Positions 30,368-44,280 of a stretch of 64,000 bases of DNA are shown piece by piece. Origin of the DNA: Octopus vulgaris (taxonomy: Eukaryota); assembly GCA_951406725.2 (NCBI GenBank), contig OX597817.1, positions 84,382,001-84,446,000 of the forward strand. Direction: 5' to 3'. The stretch's first letter is position 1. Each line of letters opens with the position of its first letter. The notes below the pieces were generated by a model. That model was not told the DNA's origin. It did not search any database and saw only the letters and a program-made list of their open reading frames with translations. Made by a program: the position numbers and the translations under genes.

Positions 30368-31615
30368 CAGGGGTTGGACAAAATAATGGAAACACCTTAA
30401 AATTTCAAACAAACTTATTTTAATATGGAGTAGGACCGCCATTGGCAGTAATTTGAATTCTACAAGATATGGACTCGTAGAAAGTTTGAATTGTTTCCAA
30501 AGGAATTTTTGTCCATTCTTCAGCTAAAGCAGTCTCCAGTTCTTGTAGTAATGATGGCGGAGAATATCGACTCCTTACTTCTTTTTCTAAAATGTACCAT
30601 AAATATTCAATAATATTGAGATCTGGGGATTGTAGTGGCCAGATAAGATGTTCAACTTCACTCATCCGTGCCATTCAGTAACAACTTTAGAAGCGTGAGT
30701 TGGTGCATTATCATCCTGAAAGATTGCGTTTCCCTCCGGAAACATTTCCGCAACCATACGATGAATTTGTCCAGATAAAATGCTTAAATAGTCTTTACTA
30801 TTAATTCTGCCATGAAGGGAAACCATTGGGCCGGCGGACTTCCAAGATATAGTGCCCCAGATGATTACAAATCCTCCTCCATGTTTCACACTTGGAAGAA
30901 GGCAGTCTTGGTCAAATTCTTCTTTTGTCTGTCTCTACACGTATACTCAGCCGGTGGTCGGAAATAAGGTAAAAGATGACTCGTCTGAGAAAATAACATT
31001 CTTTCACTTCTTTAGTGACCAATTCTGTAGGTTTTTACTCCACTCTAAAGGCTTTGAAACGTTTGTTTTTGAAAGTAATGGTTGTCTGATTGTAGCCCTC
31101 CCGTGAAATCCGGATTTGTGCAGCTCCCAGCGAACAGTTTTTTTTGTGGAAATGGGTCATTAAGCTCTGCAGTAATTTTAGGAGCTGGGCTTTTGTGATC
31201 CTATCTGACAATTCGCGTAAGAGTCCGACGGTCTCTATCTGAAATTTTGGTTTTCTTCCGGAGTTTTGTTTCGACGAGGAGGTTTTTCCCTCTTTCTCAA
31301 AGGCTGTCATTACTTTCGAGACAGTACTTCTTGATACACCAAACATTTCGGCTGCTTATGCTGCGCTAGCACCTACCATACGAGCACCATCAATTTGACT
31401 TGTTTGAAAGTCCGATAGATCTGTCATTTTAATGAATTTTAATTAATTTTTCCTGGTAATATCCGAAATAAACAGCAATTTCAGCAAAACATATTAAACA
31501 ACACTAATAATAAATCAAAAGGCATAAAAATAAACAAGTTTTTGACGGTTTTATAGATATTTCAAAATTACAATGCTATGATGCTAGGTGTTTCCATTAT
31601 TTTGTCCAACCCCTG
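30368..31615 (-). mobile_element. Full-length Tc1 (DD34E) transposon, 1248 bp, with a disrupted transposase
   Basis: Perfect 30-bp TIRs CAGGGGTTGGACAAAATAATGGAAACACCT and TA target duplication. Motifs FSDES, FQDDNAP and SPDLNIIE. Confidence 0.95.
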
Positions 31616-32024
31616 TAAATATGTGAAAGAAAATCAAAGCACTAGATTAAACAGTACACAAAGCATTTATGGCTTTCATCTGAGATATCCAACAGAGTAG
31701 ATTTTACTTTTCGATTTAGCAAAGAACCAGTTGTTTGCGAGGATCAGTTCAATGCTCAGTATTTCAATTTGATATTCACTGCGACAGACAGTATAATCAA
31801 GGTAAGAGGATGTTGGACAAGGGTGCTTGCTTCTTTTCAGATTTCACAATTCTGCATTGTAATCTGTTTCCATTCGATTCCATGTTCGGGAGGTTATATA
31901 TTATAACCCCTAAACTGCACAAGTATAAAACTAGTGGACTGTAACAAGTATATACATTCGTTATCACGAGTTATTCATTACTTTCAACTGATTATTCATC
32001 ACAACTTCTCGATAGATGGGATTT

Positions 32025-32192
32025 CTAATTTAAGCACAAGGCCAGAAATTGACTGGTACTTTGTCTTATCGGCCCAAGAAGGATGAAAGGCGAAGTTGAC
32101 CTCGGCAAAATTAGAACTCAAAACATAAAGTGCCGGAAGAAATACTGTAAAGTATTTTGTCTGACGCTCTAATGATTCTGCTAGCTCACTGC
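32025..32192 (-). mobile_element. SINE family B (diverged)
   Basis: Core AAGGATGAAAGGCGAAGTTGACCTCGGC. Confidence 0.65.
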
Positions 32193-33377
32193 TATTACTT
32201 GGATTTAGATATAAGATTAACTAATGCTTGATTAACTAATTTACCTTACATTTGTATAAAAATTTCAGAGTGTCTCTGATTCTGATACAAGAGGATAGTT
32301 ATTTGTCTCGTTTTAACTGACTGCAAAGTAAGTCCCATTTCTTAGAAAATGGTATGCAATAGATTTGGACCGCTTCAATGAAGAGATTGTCCAGCGATGA
32401 CTAGATTCAAAACGGTGTTACTTCCTGTAACTCATTAAGGTTTTATTAGGCATGCAACTTAGATGTGTCGAATAGCCTTTATTTCCCTCTCAACGTTATG
32501 CTTATTCTAGACTTTGGGATCTTAAATTAGGCGCCTACAAGATATCAGTTGAAATAATTTTCCTTGAGAATAACTTTCTCTTTACCTAAACAAAGCAGTA
32601 AATGTCAATAAAATTAATGTTGCAGAAATTAATTAGTGATTTGCAAGTCGTCTATCTAAATATATTTATATATGTTGGTTTAGCAGACAAATTAATTATC
32701 AATCACATCTCTTATAGCGATTTGTTCATTTTAGTAAACTTCACATACGATCCAGTGCCATGAAGCCTTAGAAAAATCATAACAAATGAGATAATATATC
32801 TTATTCACAGATGGTCTTTCTGTTCAATCCTAAGATTTAAATGGCGACATATTGCTCAAGTATTCTAAGTAAATGGAAAATACAGAATATTAATCCAAGA
32901 TGAACGCAGACACAGTCAATTGTGGAGAAACTATTCATAAACTTAGCCGGTTAAGTGAAAGACACTCAGGCTTGAAAACTTACTATTGGTCAGAAAATGA
33001 TTAACGAAATAATTCCATAATTAAGATTTTTTAAAATTATATTTAAATTATTAAATATATAATACGAATGACTCATACGTTTGCAGAAAACAGTAAAAAA
33101 AAGTTTGGGGCAGTTTCTGAAATCATTACTTAAGCACCTCAGAAAAGGGTTAAGTGTTGAGTAATGTAAGTAATAGCAAAAGAAGATACATCGGAAATAC
33201 CTAAGACAAATTATTATAAAACATAAATTTTTCTACACTTCAGGTATATTGTTATATGTTTATCTACAATAGATTCATCACAGTTTATCTAAGTAGAAAG
33301 CATTTACTATTGAATCTGTGAAAATTTATTTCAGCTGATATAAAGTAACATTTATTAATGCTAATAGCATTCCTTCT

Positions 33378-33573
33378 GGGGTCGAGGAGCTGGGCAAAAT
33401 GCTTAACGGCATTTCAACCGTCTTTACGTTCTGAGTTCAAATTCCGCCGAAGTCGACTTTATCTTTCATCCTTTCGAGGTCGATAAAATAAGTAGCAGTT
33501 TAGCACTGAGGTCGATATAATCGACTTAGTCCCTACCTCGAAACCGCTGGCCTGGAGCCAAAATTTGAAACCA
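33378..33573 (+). mobile_element. SINE family B
   Basis: GTTCTGAGTTCAAATTCCGCCGAAGTCGACTTT...TCATCCTTTCGAGGTCGATAAA. Confidence 0.75.
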
Positions 33574-34124
33574 ATTTCTCATCTTTTCTACTTACGATTA
33601 TAATTTCAATTGATTGAAAGTTATTTTTTAATCATATCTTTATGCATGGTAACCCACATTTAAATATATTTTCTTCGTGTAAACAAGAGATTTGCCAAAT
33701 ATTCCAGCAACATTATTTGGTTTTTCCTAATCAGAGAGCATCTACCTAACTAATTTAGTAAATGCCTGAAGAAATGTATTCAAACTTATTCTTTGAATTC
33801 CTTACCCAATGTCTATTCTGGGGAAAATTAAGGTCCCTTCTTTAAGATTGTATCATTGTTATTACTACTACATAAGCGTCTTAAGGTCTGAGTCCCAGAA
33901 TCCTTAGAGCATTTTACTTTTTTCTGGCAATGGCTCTGTAAAAGAAAATACACGAATCGGAAAAATCAAAATATTTAAAAACATCTAAATCGAATCTGCC
34001 TCAACTGTTATAAGTAGATCTTATGATCACTAACTTGCGTATAGCTCTTTGAAATTAATTAGTAATAAGGTCATAATTTAATTGATCTATGTGACAAGTA
34101 AACCAATCGATACAAGTTTATTAC

Positions 34125-34337
34125 TTTAGCTTTCTCAGGACTTCCATCGAATTTGAACCAATTCGTTTCTTCGAAGGTCAAATAATCGGAATTTCTATAT
34201 CTGCTTCCTTCTTGTGCTTTAATGAAGACATTTTGGTTCATTACAGAAAGATATTCCTCAAACGGAATTTCTTTGTCTTTGTATTCCTCCCTCTGCTGTA
34301 ACTGTTTCATCATTCTGTTAGTTCCCGCAATCATAAC
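34125..34337 (-). CDS. Coding exon 3: VMIAGTNRMMKQLQQREEYKDKEIPFEEYLSVMNQNVFIKAQEGSRYRNSDYLTFEETNWFKFDGSPEKAK
   Basis: Acceptor CTTTTGTCTTTCAG, donor TAAA|GTAATA, 213 nt, phase 0-0. Overlaps ORF 34071-34334. Confidence 0.88.
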
Positions 34338-34809
34338 CTGAAAGACAAAAGTTAAAATGCAAATTCTTGTAGATTTCGTTCAAAAACATGCTCACACTCA
34401 ACGACCAATATACCAATATGTCTGATATTTGTATAGTTATATATAAAAATAGCCAAACATAGGTTAACATTAAGTTATAAGATTAACTTACACTAGAGTA
34501 TCATGCTTTATTTTGATAAGAATAAGGTTTGCAGTTGCTTCAAAGTTTCGACTTAGGGGTCTTTATCAGACTGTAAATTTCTTTGTATTTTCAAACCTTA
34601 TTTTGGAGGTTCACCTTGGAGTAGAATAATGTTATTGCAAAACTCAGTTTTCTCTATTAAAGATGTCATACATCCCAAAGCAGTTAATTTAGAGCTAGAA
34701 GCTTCCATGTACAAAATGCATTAAAAAATGCAAATATCCACTATATACATAGATTTTTTTAACAATCCTTAACGTTTAATTAAAGACTTTGGAAAGAACA
34801 TATTATTAA

Positions 34810-35120
34810 AACTCACCAATTTACCATCAAGGGAATCTATATTCAAGGAAATCGAAACACCGTACAACGAAGCACTCTACAATAGTGGGTTCGGTGATAA
34901 ATTTGTGATCAAGAATTCGATGCGAAAAGATTGCAGCCAACAATGAAACACGGCAGCTATTCTGTGATGGTCTGGGGGTCAATTTGGAGTAATAATTGAT
35001 CAGAGCTAGTGGAATGTGAGGGAAACAAACTCAGATATATATGTGTTCATATTATATAAAGGACTCCTTCCAATCTTTTCAAGTGGTGAAATGGTAAAAG
35101 AAGACTTTATTTATGGAAGA
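34810..35120 (+). mobile_element. Tc1-like transposase fragment
   Basis: Translates to [18 protein letters not shown]. Confidence 0.6.
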
Positions 35121-35191
35121 TTTACTATTTATATGAATATATATATATATATATATCTATTTATATGAATATATATATATATATATTTATA

Positions 35192-35252
<61 letters not shown>

Positions 35253-35349
35253 ATTCATATATATATTTATATATACATATTTATATACATAAATATATAT
35301 GTGCGTGTGTGTGTGCGTGTGTGTGTATGTGTGTGTGTGTGTGTGTGTG

Positions 35350-36849
35350 TGAAATGGTTGAATTATATTTCGTCATTTAATTTGGAGGATTCCAACAATC
35401 GATTTCTAATATAGGTTCTTCATATTTTGCTTGTATTTCACTGACGTAAGTTTGCAAATATGAAAATAATACTTGTATATGGTGTGTTATGTGAATTTAT
35501 GGAAAGGTATCCCATAAATCATAAGAAATTTGTTAAAAATGGAGAAGAGAAGATGCTAAAATTCAAGAGAATTTTAATTCATGCATACGATCGTTTCAAA
35601 CAGCAATATACAAACATTCAAATTCATCGTTCAATAGAAATATTTAAATTAATTTGATTAAATGAAATTAATTATATATCACTGTTTTCCTCAGGGCAAC
35701 AACTATAAAAAACAATTATTACAAAGGGCTTGATAAAAGAAATAGCAGAGTATGAATTTGGATATTCATATTTATCCTTATGAGAAATACGAGCATCATA
35801 ATAATGAATGTGAGTCTAGTTATGTGTAAACTAAAACTAAGATAACTAACGGTTATTTGAAAATATAAGTGAAAATGCTTTATGAGACGTCCCCTCTATA
35901 GAAGAGTAAGGAGATAAGTAGTTATTTCTCCAAATAATCGTGTATGCAAAGGAAGTTTTATAGAAATGTCCAAATGTTTGAATTAGGACTTAGTCTGACA
36001 GTTATAAACAATACTAGATGTGGTTTGTATTTATAAAAATTTGTACATGAGAATGAAGTTAAATTAGAGGATGTAGTGTATAGATGGCTGCTGGAATGTA
36101 ACGTAAACAAGCATTAAGGGGCAGAAATGCTTAAAGAGCTACGTAAAATGGAGTTGTGTTATTGTAAGAACTAATATTAGTTTGTATGTATTAAAAATGA
36201 GGTAAAAAAAACAGGTAATTAGTTGTTAATATTACAGATTTAGATAGTAAATACTTACTGTAGCTATAAATATTAAAAAGACAGTTCAGAGGTTTATTAT
36301 TAGATGTAGTAAACTGAAAGCAACAATGTAGGGGAGATAATAGGGCTAGGAATGAAGAGTAAAAAAAAATTTAATTATGAGTATCTATATGTAACACATT
36401 GACTATGTTTAAGTATAAATAAAAATATGAGTTAAGAAACTAGCTTGGCATAAAGTAATAGGGAAGTATATAGTAGTATTATGTTAGTAATAGATATTCA
36501 AGTAATAGATTATTGTGCATTATGAATATAATATTAAAACATTTTTACGAGTAGTGGGTGCACATAAGTATACAAAATATACAAAATAATTCATATATAA
36601 TCTCATTTAAAAAAATCTTATAAGGGAATAATTTTGTTTAGTATATAGTAATACGTTAGTAGAGGCATATCTGCAAATTAGTATACATAGATATAGGTAT
36701 TCTAGTGGTTTTTAGATTAGGGTGTACATAAAGGAAGGAACACCATACGAAAATAAATAAATATACTCATGCCGGTGCAAAGGAAGAGATAAAAAGCCAC
36801 ACGGATATAGATATAATTATAATTACTCACACATATAAGAAAATGTTAT

Positions 36850-36917
<68 letters not shown>

Positions 36918-39900
36918 AGTGGGACATACGTATATGTGCACACAGTCATATTAAAAATACATATAAGTGTTAACATATAGTTAATAAGCACATGGTTGTA
37001 AGCAATTTGGACACCAAGAAGTATTATATGTTTACATATATCAGCTGTAAGATATAATTAAATATCAGGTAGATTGGCAAGTAACATAAAACAGTATTAA
37101 TTAAAATGGGTAAGTGGAGGGGATTTTGTTAGGGACATATTAGGCAAATAAAATAAATTATAAAAAAGATAGGTATATTATATACTAAGGGAAGATATAA
37201 AAACACATTGCGAGAAAGGAAGGTGTAGGGAGATTTGGTGGGTCATGCAATTATTAGAAGGAAGACTTAAATAATAAATATATATCAATATAGTGTAAGT
37301 TGTGCGCAGAGGATGTGATGAGTAAACGAATTCCACAGAAAGGGTTAATATATAGAGATATTTTTAAAAGATAGAGATATTAGAAAAATGGAAATGTTAT
37401 TAAAAAAACTAGTAAGAGGGAGGGGGAAATTATTTAATATTAATAAAAAGGAATTTGGTCGTGTATTTACATGAAAAAGCTTTTTCATCCCCAGTATTAA
37501 TCAGATGTCCATTCATTCTCATTATATTGTAACTTTCTTCCAAACATAACGTACAAATTTTGTTATTATATCTATAAGAGAGGGCAGAAGATAGAATTTT
37601 CCAAGATATTGAGTAATCAATATTGTTTCTTTTGAGGTACCAAATTGTTTTAGATAGACCCGTGCTATTCTCTTTTCTTGGGTCATTAAAGGAAGATTTA
37701 TGATTATTGATTCTTGATTTTATAGAATTTTTCGTGCAACAAATGTATATATAGTTAGAGGAGTTATGAGTAGTAATAATAGTTGCCTGGTATACTACTT
37801 TCATTGTGCAATTTCTATCTACTTCACAAATATGTGGGTCTCTGCAATTACAATTTAAATTATTGGGTGGTACTATGGTGTTATGTCTATATATATTAGG
37901 GATAATGGAGTTTTGGTTTATATCATAATAGTACTTGTTAGTTATAGAATTATTGGAGTTGCTAGGTATATTTAATGAAGATTTTAATAATAGAATAGGT
38001 CCAGTTTCTTATTGTTAAAAGAGATTATCCTTAAAAAGTTCTGGAGAGACTGAAAATCTTAGTAAGATTTTTCTTATTATTAAATATTTTTGCACATTTG
38101 GAGTTTTTAAAGTTTTTATTAATAATATTTCTAATAAATCTAATAAAATTAGATTTTAGATGTTTGGCAAAAGGTATTATGATCCAAATAATGTATTGTT
38201 GCTTTCTTTATTAGAGTGATGGGTAATGTTTGGCGGGGGGGGGTCAGCTATTCTCACACATGGTATTGGTTTCTTTTTTGCTATTTTATTCCTATCTATA
38301 TTAATATGATTTCTGAGGTAATGTGTATTATTGATTGAAGGGATTAGGTGATATGAGATTATTTTCATTTTTTGTTTATTTCATATTCTTATTTTTAAGA
38401 ATATGCAAATGCAAATGTACGAAATAGCCTCGAGTAGAGTAGAAAGGATGGAACAACGATGCAGTGTGTTTATCATAAAATGGCTTGGTCTGCCGAAACC
38501 ACTGAATACAACTGCACTATATGGAAAACCCGTGCTGCAACTACTAATAACATCAATCGCCGAAGAATATAAGGCAGGAAAGGCAAGGACAGTAATGATG
38601 CTAAGGTATTCAAAAGATCAGAGTATCCGGGAAAACCCTCCAAAGATACGAACAGGGAGGAAATGGAAGGCGGAAGAGGCAGTAAACAGGGCGATCGGAA
38701 AACTAAGGCACGCATATGTAGTCGGAGCGACGCAAGAAGCAAGAGCCTGCCTAGGGTCGCACAATTTCAGGCCATTTTGCAAGAGCAGTATAAAAGAGAT
38801 GAAAGAGGCGGTGGTACACGAAGTGAGAAAGGAGGAAGAAGAAAGGCAAAATGTACATTTGGTGCAATGTAGTCAACAGGGACAGTGCCTGAGATTGGGA
38901 GGAATATGTGATCAGCCGCAGAATATCATGGAAGGAACTTTGGGCTTGGGAAAAAGCAAGAACATCCTTCCTGATCAAGTCTACCGTCGACGTTCTACCC
39001 TCACCGGCGAACTTAGTCCTGTGGAACATAAAAACAACCGATGAGTGTAGGTGCGGAAAGAAAGCGACAGTTAGACATGTTCTGTCAAACTGTTGACTAG
39101 CACTAGAAAGGTATACATGGCGTCATAATCAAGTCCTCGGCGTCATAAGCGCAGCACTCAAGGAGAAGATCGAGAGGTACAATAGGGGAGAGTATCCAAA
39201 TGTGGAAAAGCACAGGAAAGTATACTTCCAGAAGGAGGGAAAAGGATATAAAACCAGGCCTACAAATAAAATATACGAGATAGACGAAAGATGGAAGGGA
39301 TACTGGGAGCTGGCCACGGATTTGGAAAGACTAGTAATATTTTCACTAATAAAAACGACAAAAAGACCAGATTTAGTCCTATGGGACAGAGAACGGAGAA
39401 TAGGAATTTTGCTAGAACTGACAGTGCCATGGGAAGAGAACATCGACAATGCAGAGAAACGAAAAGAGAAGAGGTACGAAAAACTAATCGAAGAGTGCAG
39501 AGAACAGGGATGGAATGTTGAGTATTACCACCTGAAAGTGGGGGTTAGGGGCCTCATTGAAAGAAAAATGACAACGCTATTCAAAAGAAGATTTTTTTTT
39601 TCTAGCTCGGAGCTAAGAAAACTAATAAGGAGAGTACAGGAAGCGGTCGAAAAAGGCAGCTTCTATATATGGCTGAAGCGAGAAGACCAAAAATGGCTTG
39701 AAAGTCATAACATGCCGGCGGAAAGTAACAGCACTAGGTGAGACAAGCTGACACTGAATTAGCTTCGTTGATTGACAGGTGACGGTCTCGTTTAGAGAAT
39801 GCGTGGGCTAAGACTACGTGCCTTCATTGGTCAGATAAAGTTGAGACAGTGTCACGTGACAACTTGCTGGGGCTGCCTGCTGGAGCTTAGCAGCAGGTAT

Positions 39901-40620
39901 TTAAAGGGGAAACAATTGACAAGACAGTCAGTCGCCCGCTGACACTCGTTGACGCTACATCAAAGAGGCTAGGGAACAGAAGAAAGAAGAAGAAAGAAGA
40001 TATGCACCCAATACCAGAGCTGAAGACACCTCCGAAAGGGGGTGGGAGGCACGTCAAAACGGTATGAAAATGTCTTGAGCTAACTGGATCTTATAAAGGA
40101 ACTGTTGTGGTAGGAGGCTACGAAACACGGTTGAAATTCCTCCTGTAATTAAGTATTTTTGGTGTTTGTTGTCAGAATTCTTGGGTTTATTAATATTAGT
40201 ATTAGAATAGTTAGTTAGGTGGGAATTGCTAAAATTAATATTATTTTTTTTCTTTTAGTAAAGGTTTGGTTATGGTGCTCATATTGATTAAGATAATTAG
40301 TATGTTTATTGTAGTTGTGAATTCCGTGTCTATTACTAAAGCTGTGTTGATGACTATTATTGAGATTTTTTATGTTTGTCGGAGTGTACTAATTCATCGG
40401 GTCACTTAGGTTCACTAATATTATCTATGTGGTTCATTTCAAGATAAATTTTGGTATCATTAGTATGATGCTGTCGTTTTTATTGTACATAATTTCATAT
40501 CTATATCCTGCCTTCTTAAGTGCTAGGTTATAGTAGTCTTTATGTTTGTTAAAACTTTCTTCGTTAGATGATAACAGATTAATTCTTCTTTCTATGTTAG
40601 TGGTCAGGTTTTCTATATCA
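35350..40620 (-). mobile_element. Penelope-like retroelement remnant, interrupted by an RLE element
   Basis: GIY-YIG-type endonuclease in ORF 37430-37804 (VVYQA...Y...T...KSRINNHKSSF...STGLSK.IW...WKIL...CTLCLEE). An RT C-terminal segment (IERRINLLSSNEESFNKHKDYYNLALKKAGY) lies at about 40490-40615. The left boundary is approximate. Confidence 0.75.
38403..40150 (+). mobile_element. 5'-truncated non-LTR retrotransposon with a restriction-like endonuclease (Hero/R2-group-like)
   Basis: KWLGLP, LPSPANL..W, the CCHC motif CRCGKKATVRHVLSNC, RYTWRHNQVL, and the RLE motif RPDLVLW...LELTVPWEE...KEKRY. Contains a frameshift and a stop. Confidence 0.88.
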
Positions 40621-40624
40621 CGTC

Positions 40625-43600
40625 ACTTATGAGGCTCTCATAAGTGCTACTGGTAACATGGAATCCAGTACAACCTGTTGCATGGTCGGGTTGTCGGCGA
40701 CTAAGCCGGCACCCCCACCAGACTATCTGGTGAGGAGGATTGCTAGAAACCCAGCAGGATTAAAAACTAGACCTGTTGAAAGGTCGAATGAACCTAGTGC
40801 AGGCTCAACGGCCACCTAGCAACAGCACGCGTACACAGAAATTCCAGGATGATGTCTTGCAAGCTGAAAGACCACTGGGAGTAAGGCACCCCTCATCTTC
40901 TGTTGAAGCATGTCTCTTGGAGAAGCTCACTCTAATATAAAACCAGATATGCAGGGAATGGCATTGGACATTTTGGGAATCTTTGGTTTGTGAGATGATG
41001 GCGCTCCCACATCCCTGAGCCTGCGACTCATATTGGCACCAGATATCGTGCTCCGGTTTGTCTCTGGATAATGTCAATAAAGTGGAGAGTGGGGTCTATG
41101 AGGTGTCGTGCAAGCCTTATAGGCCCTAAAACTCTGCACAGGCATTGCCGACCTCTGTTCGATATGTGCTGCTTTTTTCTTCCCTATATATATTTATTTT
41201 ATTTTCCGTATATATGTATCTTTACTTTTAGTATATACTTATATATTTATTTATTTTTAGTATATTTTTATTTTATTTTTGTTCGGAAGTCCTGCGGCGA
41301 TGGGAAGGTGGTGAAGCATGCAGATCTGACGGCTTGGAAGCATGTAGTCAGCGACCTGCATGTAGGTGGTCCATGCTAGATATAAAATCGTCTCCTTGTC
41401 GCCCATGACAGCGGTATGATTCGGTTGCTGCATGGGTGTCTGAGCAGCTCCATTTGAAGAGGGCACTGCTTAGTCGGGGGCCGGAGAGGTTCTAGAAAAG
41501 GTAAACCAAAATTGCCTGTCTTTCTATCTGGTTAGTTTAGCTCGACTGACGGATGTCCACCATGCACTCGAAAAACAAAGAGACTTTTATTTACAAAAAA
41601 TGGATGGAACTTGAACATTTCATGTTGGAATGTGCGCACTCTATTGGATAACGAGTGATTGTAGGCCTGAAAGACGCACTGCATCTGTTGCTCACGAGCT
41701 GAAACGTTATAACATTGATATAGCTGCACTTTCAAAGACTCTATAGAAAGTGGTGGTCAGCTTGAGGGAGTAGGAGATGGATACACCTTTTTGGAAGAGG
41801 AAGCCGAAGGAGGAGCGCAGAGAGGCTGGTGTTGGCTTTGCAGTTCGATATGATATCCTTAAGAAGTTGGAGGAGTTTCCTGTTCCTATAAATGAACGTC
41901 TAATGACTCTACTACTGCACTTCAAAGGTGGGCGGTTTACTACTCTAATAAGTGTCTATGCACCTACTTTGACTAGTTGTGATGAAGATAAAATTATTTT
42001 TTATACCCAGCTGAGAGCCATACTTAGAAAAAACTCCATTTCTGATAAATTCATTCTAATGGGGAATTTCAATGTCAGAGTTGGAGTAGACTGACAAATA
42101 TAGAACTCTCTAGGACGTTTTGGTGTAGGAAAAATGAATAGCAATGCTGCTGGAGCTTTGCGATGAACATGGACTTTACATCGCAAGCACTCATTTTATG
42201 CACAAAGGTGGTCACACAACAACGTGGATGCATCCAAGGTCTAAAGTTTGGCATTTGCTGGATTATGTCATCACCCGCAAGTGTGACATCTATGACATTT
42301 GTAATGTCAAGTCCTTTCATGGACCGGTATGCTGGACAGACCACAGTCTGGTGTGAGTAAAGTTTCGGATGATGATTAAAGTGAAAGAGAGAAGAGGGCT
42401 AGTCGGCATTCCTCGGCGTCTGAATGTCCACAAGATGCTGTGTTGAGGAATGAGCTTCAGACTCGCTTGTCCAGCATTGAAAATACTACAGCATGGGAAG
42501 ATTTTCGAGACCAGATTCTTCAATGTGCTGCTGACACACTGGGATATGCTACTGCAGACACGGAGACTGGTTAGATGAAAATTATGCTGAAGTTCAGCAA
42601 CTATTGTCTGTAAAGTGCCATGCCCACAATGCATTGCTGCACAGAGGACTTTCAGCTGTGCAGCGAAATCTAGCACTTGCCCACTACAGCAGTGTAAAAT
42701 CACTACTGCAGCGATCTCTCGGGAAGATGCAGAACACTTGGTGGGAGGATCTTGCTCGTAATGTTCAGGCTGCTGCTGATGCAAACGACAGCAAGAAGCT
42801 TTACCATCTTATGAAGCAAGTTTATGGGCTCCAGATCAACTCCTTTACTTTCCAAGGAGTCTCCCACTCTATTTACTAAATCAACAGAAATCACAGGTCG
42901 CTGGAACGATCACTTCTCAGAACTCCTAAACCATGAGTCAGTTGTGAATGAAATAGTGATTGATACTATGCAAAAACTTATCATTGGCTCCTTAAATTCC
43001 ACGCCCTTAATAGATGATGTAATGACATCAATAAGTAAATTGAATCTTGGTAGGGCACCTGGGAAGGATGGAATTTGTGCTGAAGTCTTGCGATTTGGTG
43101 GTGATTACATCATACAGTCCCTTCATGTGCAATGTCTAAGGACTGGAAGGATGAAATTATTCTCCCTCTCTATAAAGGAAAAGGAGCCAGAACAATGTGT
43201 AGTAACTACAGAGGTATTGCTCTACTATCAGCCGCTGGCCAGGTTCTGGCAAATATTCTTCTTACCCACCTGAATGGATGTCTCGTAAATGATGTCCAAT
43301 CTAAATCTCAATGTGGCTTCCGTTCTGGTAGAGGAAAAATGGATATGATTTTCACAGCAAGACAGATGCAGGAGTGCTATAATCAGAATATGGATCTTGT
43401 CCAGGTATTCATTGATTTAACGAAGGCCTTTGATACTGTGAGTAGAGCCTTGCTATGGAAAATACTTGGCAAACTTTGATATCCAGATCACTTTGTATCT
43501 ATAATTAAATCAGTTCATGATGGGATGGAGGATTGGGTCAATGTTGGTGGTGTCATGGAAGGACTCATTCCTGTAGAGAATGGTGACAAGCAGAATGACA

Positions 43601-44280
43601 TCCTTGCCCCAACTCTCTTTTCTTTGTACTTTGCTGCTGCTTTTACTCAGGCTTCTGCTACGGTTAGCTTTCTGGGAATATATGTCAGGTATCGATCTTC
43701 TGGCCGCCTCTTTAATTTGCGTCGATTTGCTGCCAATTTAAAAGTTTTTCAGGCTCTTATTAGTAACCGTTATGCAGATGACTGTGACTTAATCATTCAT
43801 ACAGTGGATAACATGCAAATACTTATTAATCGTATTTCTTCTTATGCACGGCATTTGGATTCAGCATTAGCCTGCACAAGACTGTTATCATGTTCCAGCC
43901 GGTACCAGGAAATCCATATATGGAACCAACTATCTTGGTTGAAGGAACAATTCTGAAAGTGGTAGAAAAGTTTGTCTAACTAGGCAGCACACTCAGTTCT
44001 TGCTCCCTGGATGACGAAATATCCTTCAGGATGCAGAGAGCAATTGATTCCTTCCGGTCTCTTCAGTCTCGTGTCTGGTCCCAGCATAGCATCACAAAGC
44101 AAACAAAAATTGCTGTGTACCGTTCATGTGTACTGACATCGCTCCTTTACTCATGTGAGACATGGACCCTTTACAAACGCCAGGTAAGGGTCCTTGAACG
44201 CTCAGACACATTCTGAATGATTGCTGGATCTTAAAAGCTCCAGATATAGGTCCTGAGGACAGCTGATATCTTGAGTATTA
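40625..44280 (+). mobile_element. Near full-length decayed RTE-clade LINE
   Basis: About 1 kb of 5' UTR, APE motifs (CWNVRTL, GVGFA, ISVYAPT, HLLDYVI, TDH), RT motifs (YRGIALLS, QCGFR, FIDLTKAFDTV, YADD) and LLYSCETW. Many stops and frameshifts. Confidence 0.92.

Noticed and set aside
40015-40060. CTGAAGA plus the hairpin CACCTCC-GAAA-GGGGGTG in the RLE 3' region as a hammerhead
   Set aside because: The GAAA box that must follow stem II is missing (GGAG), and no stem III or stem I can be assigned.
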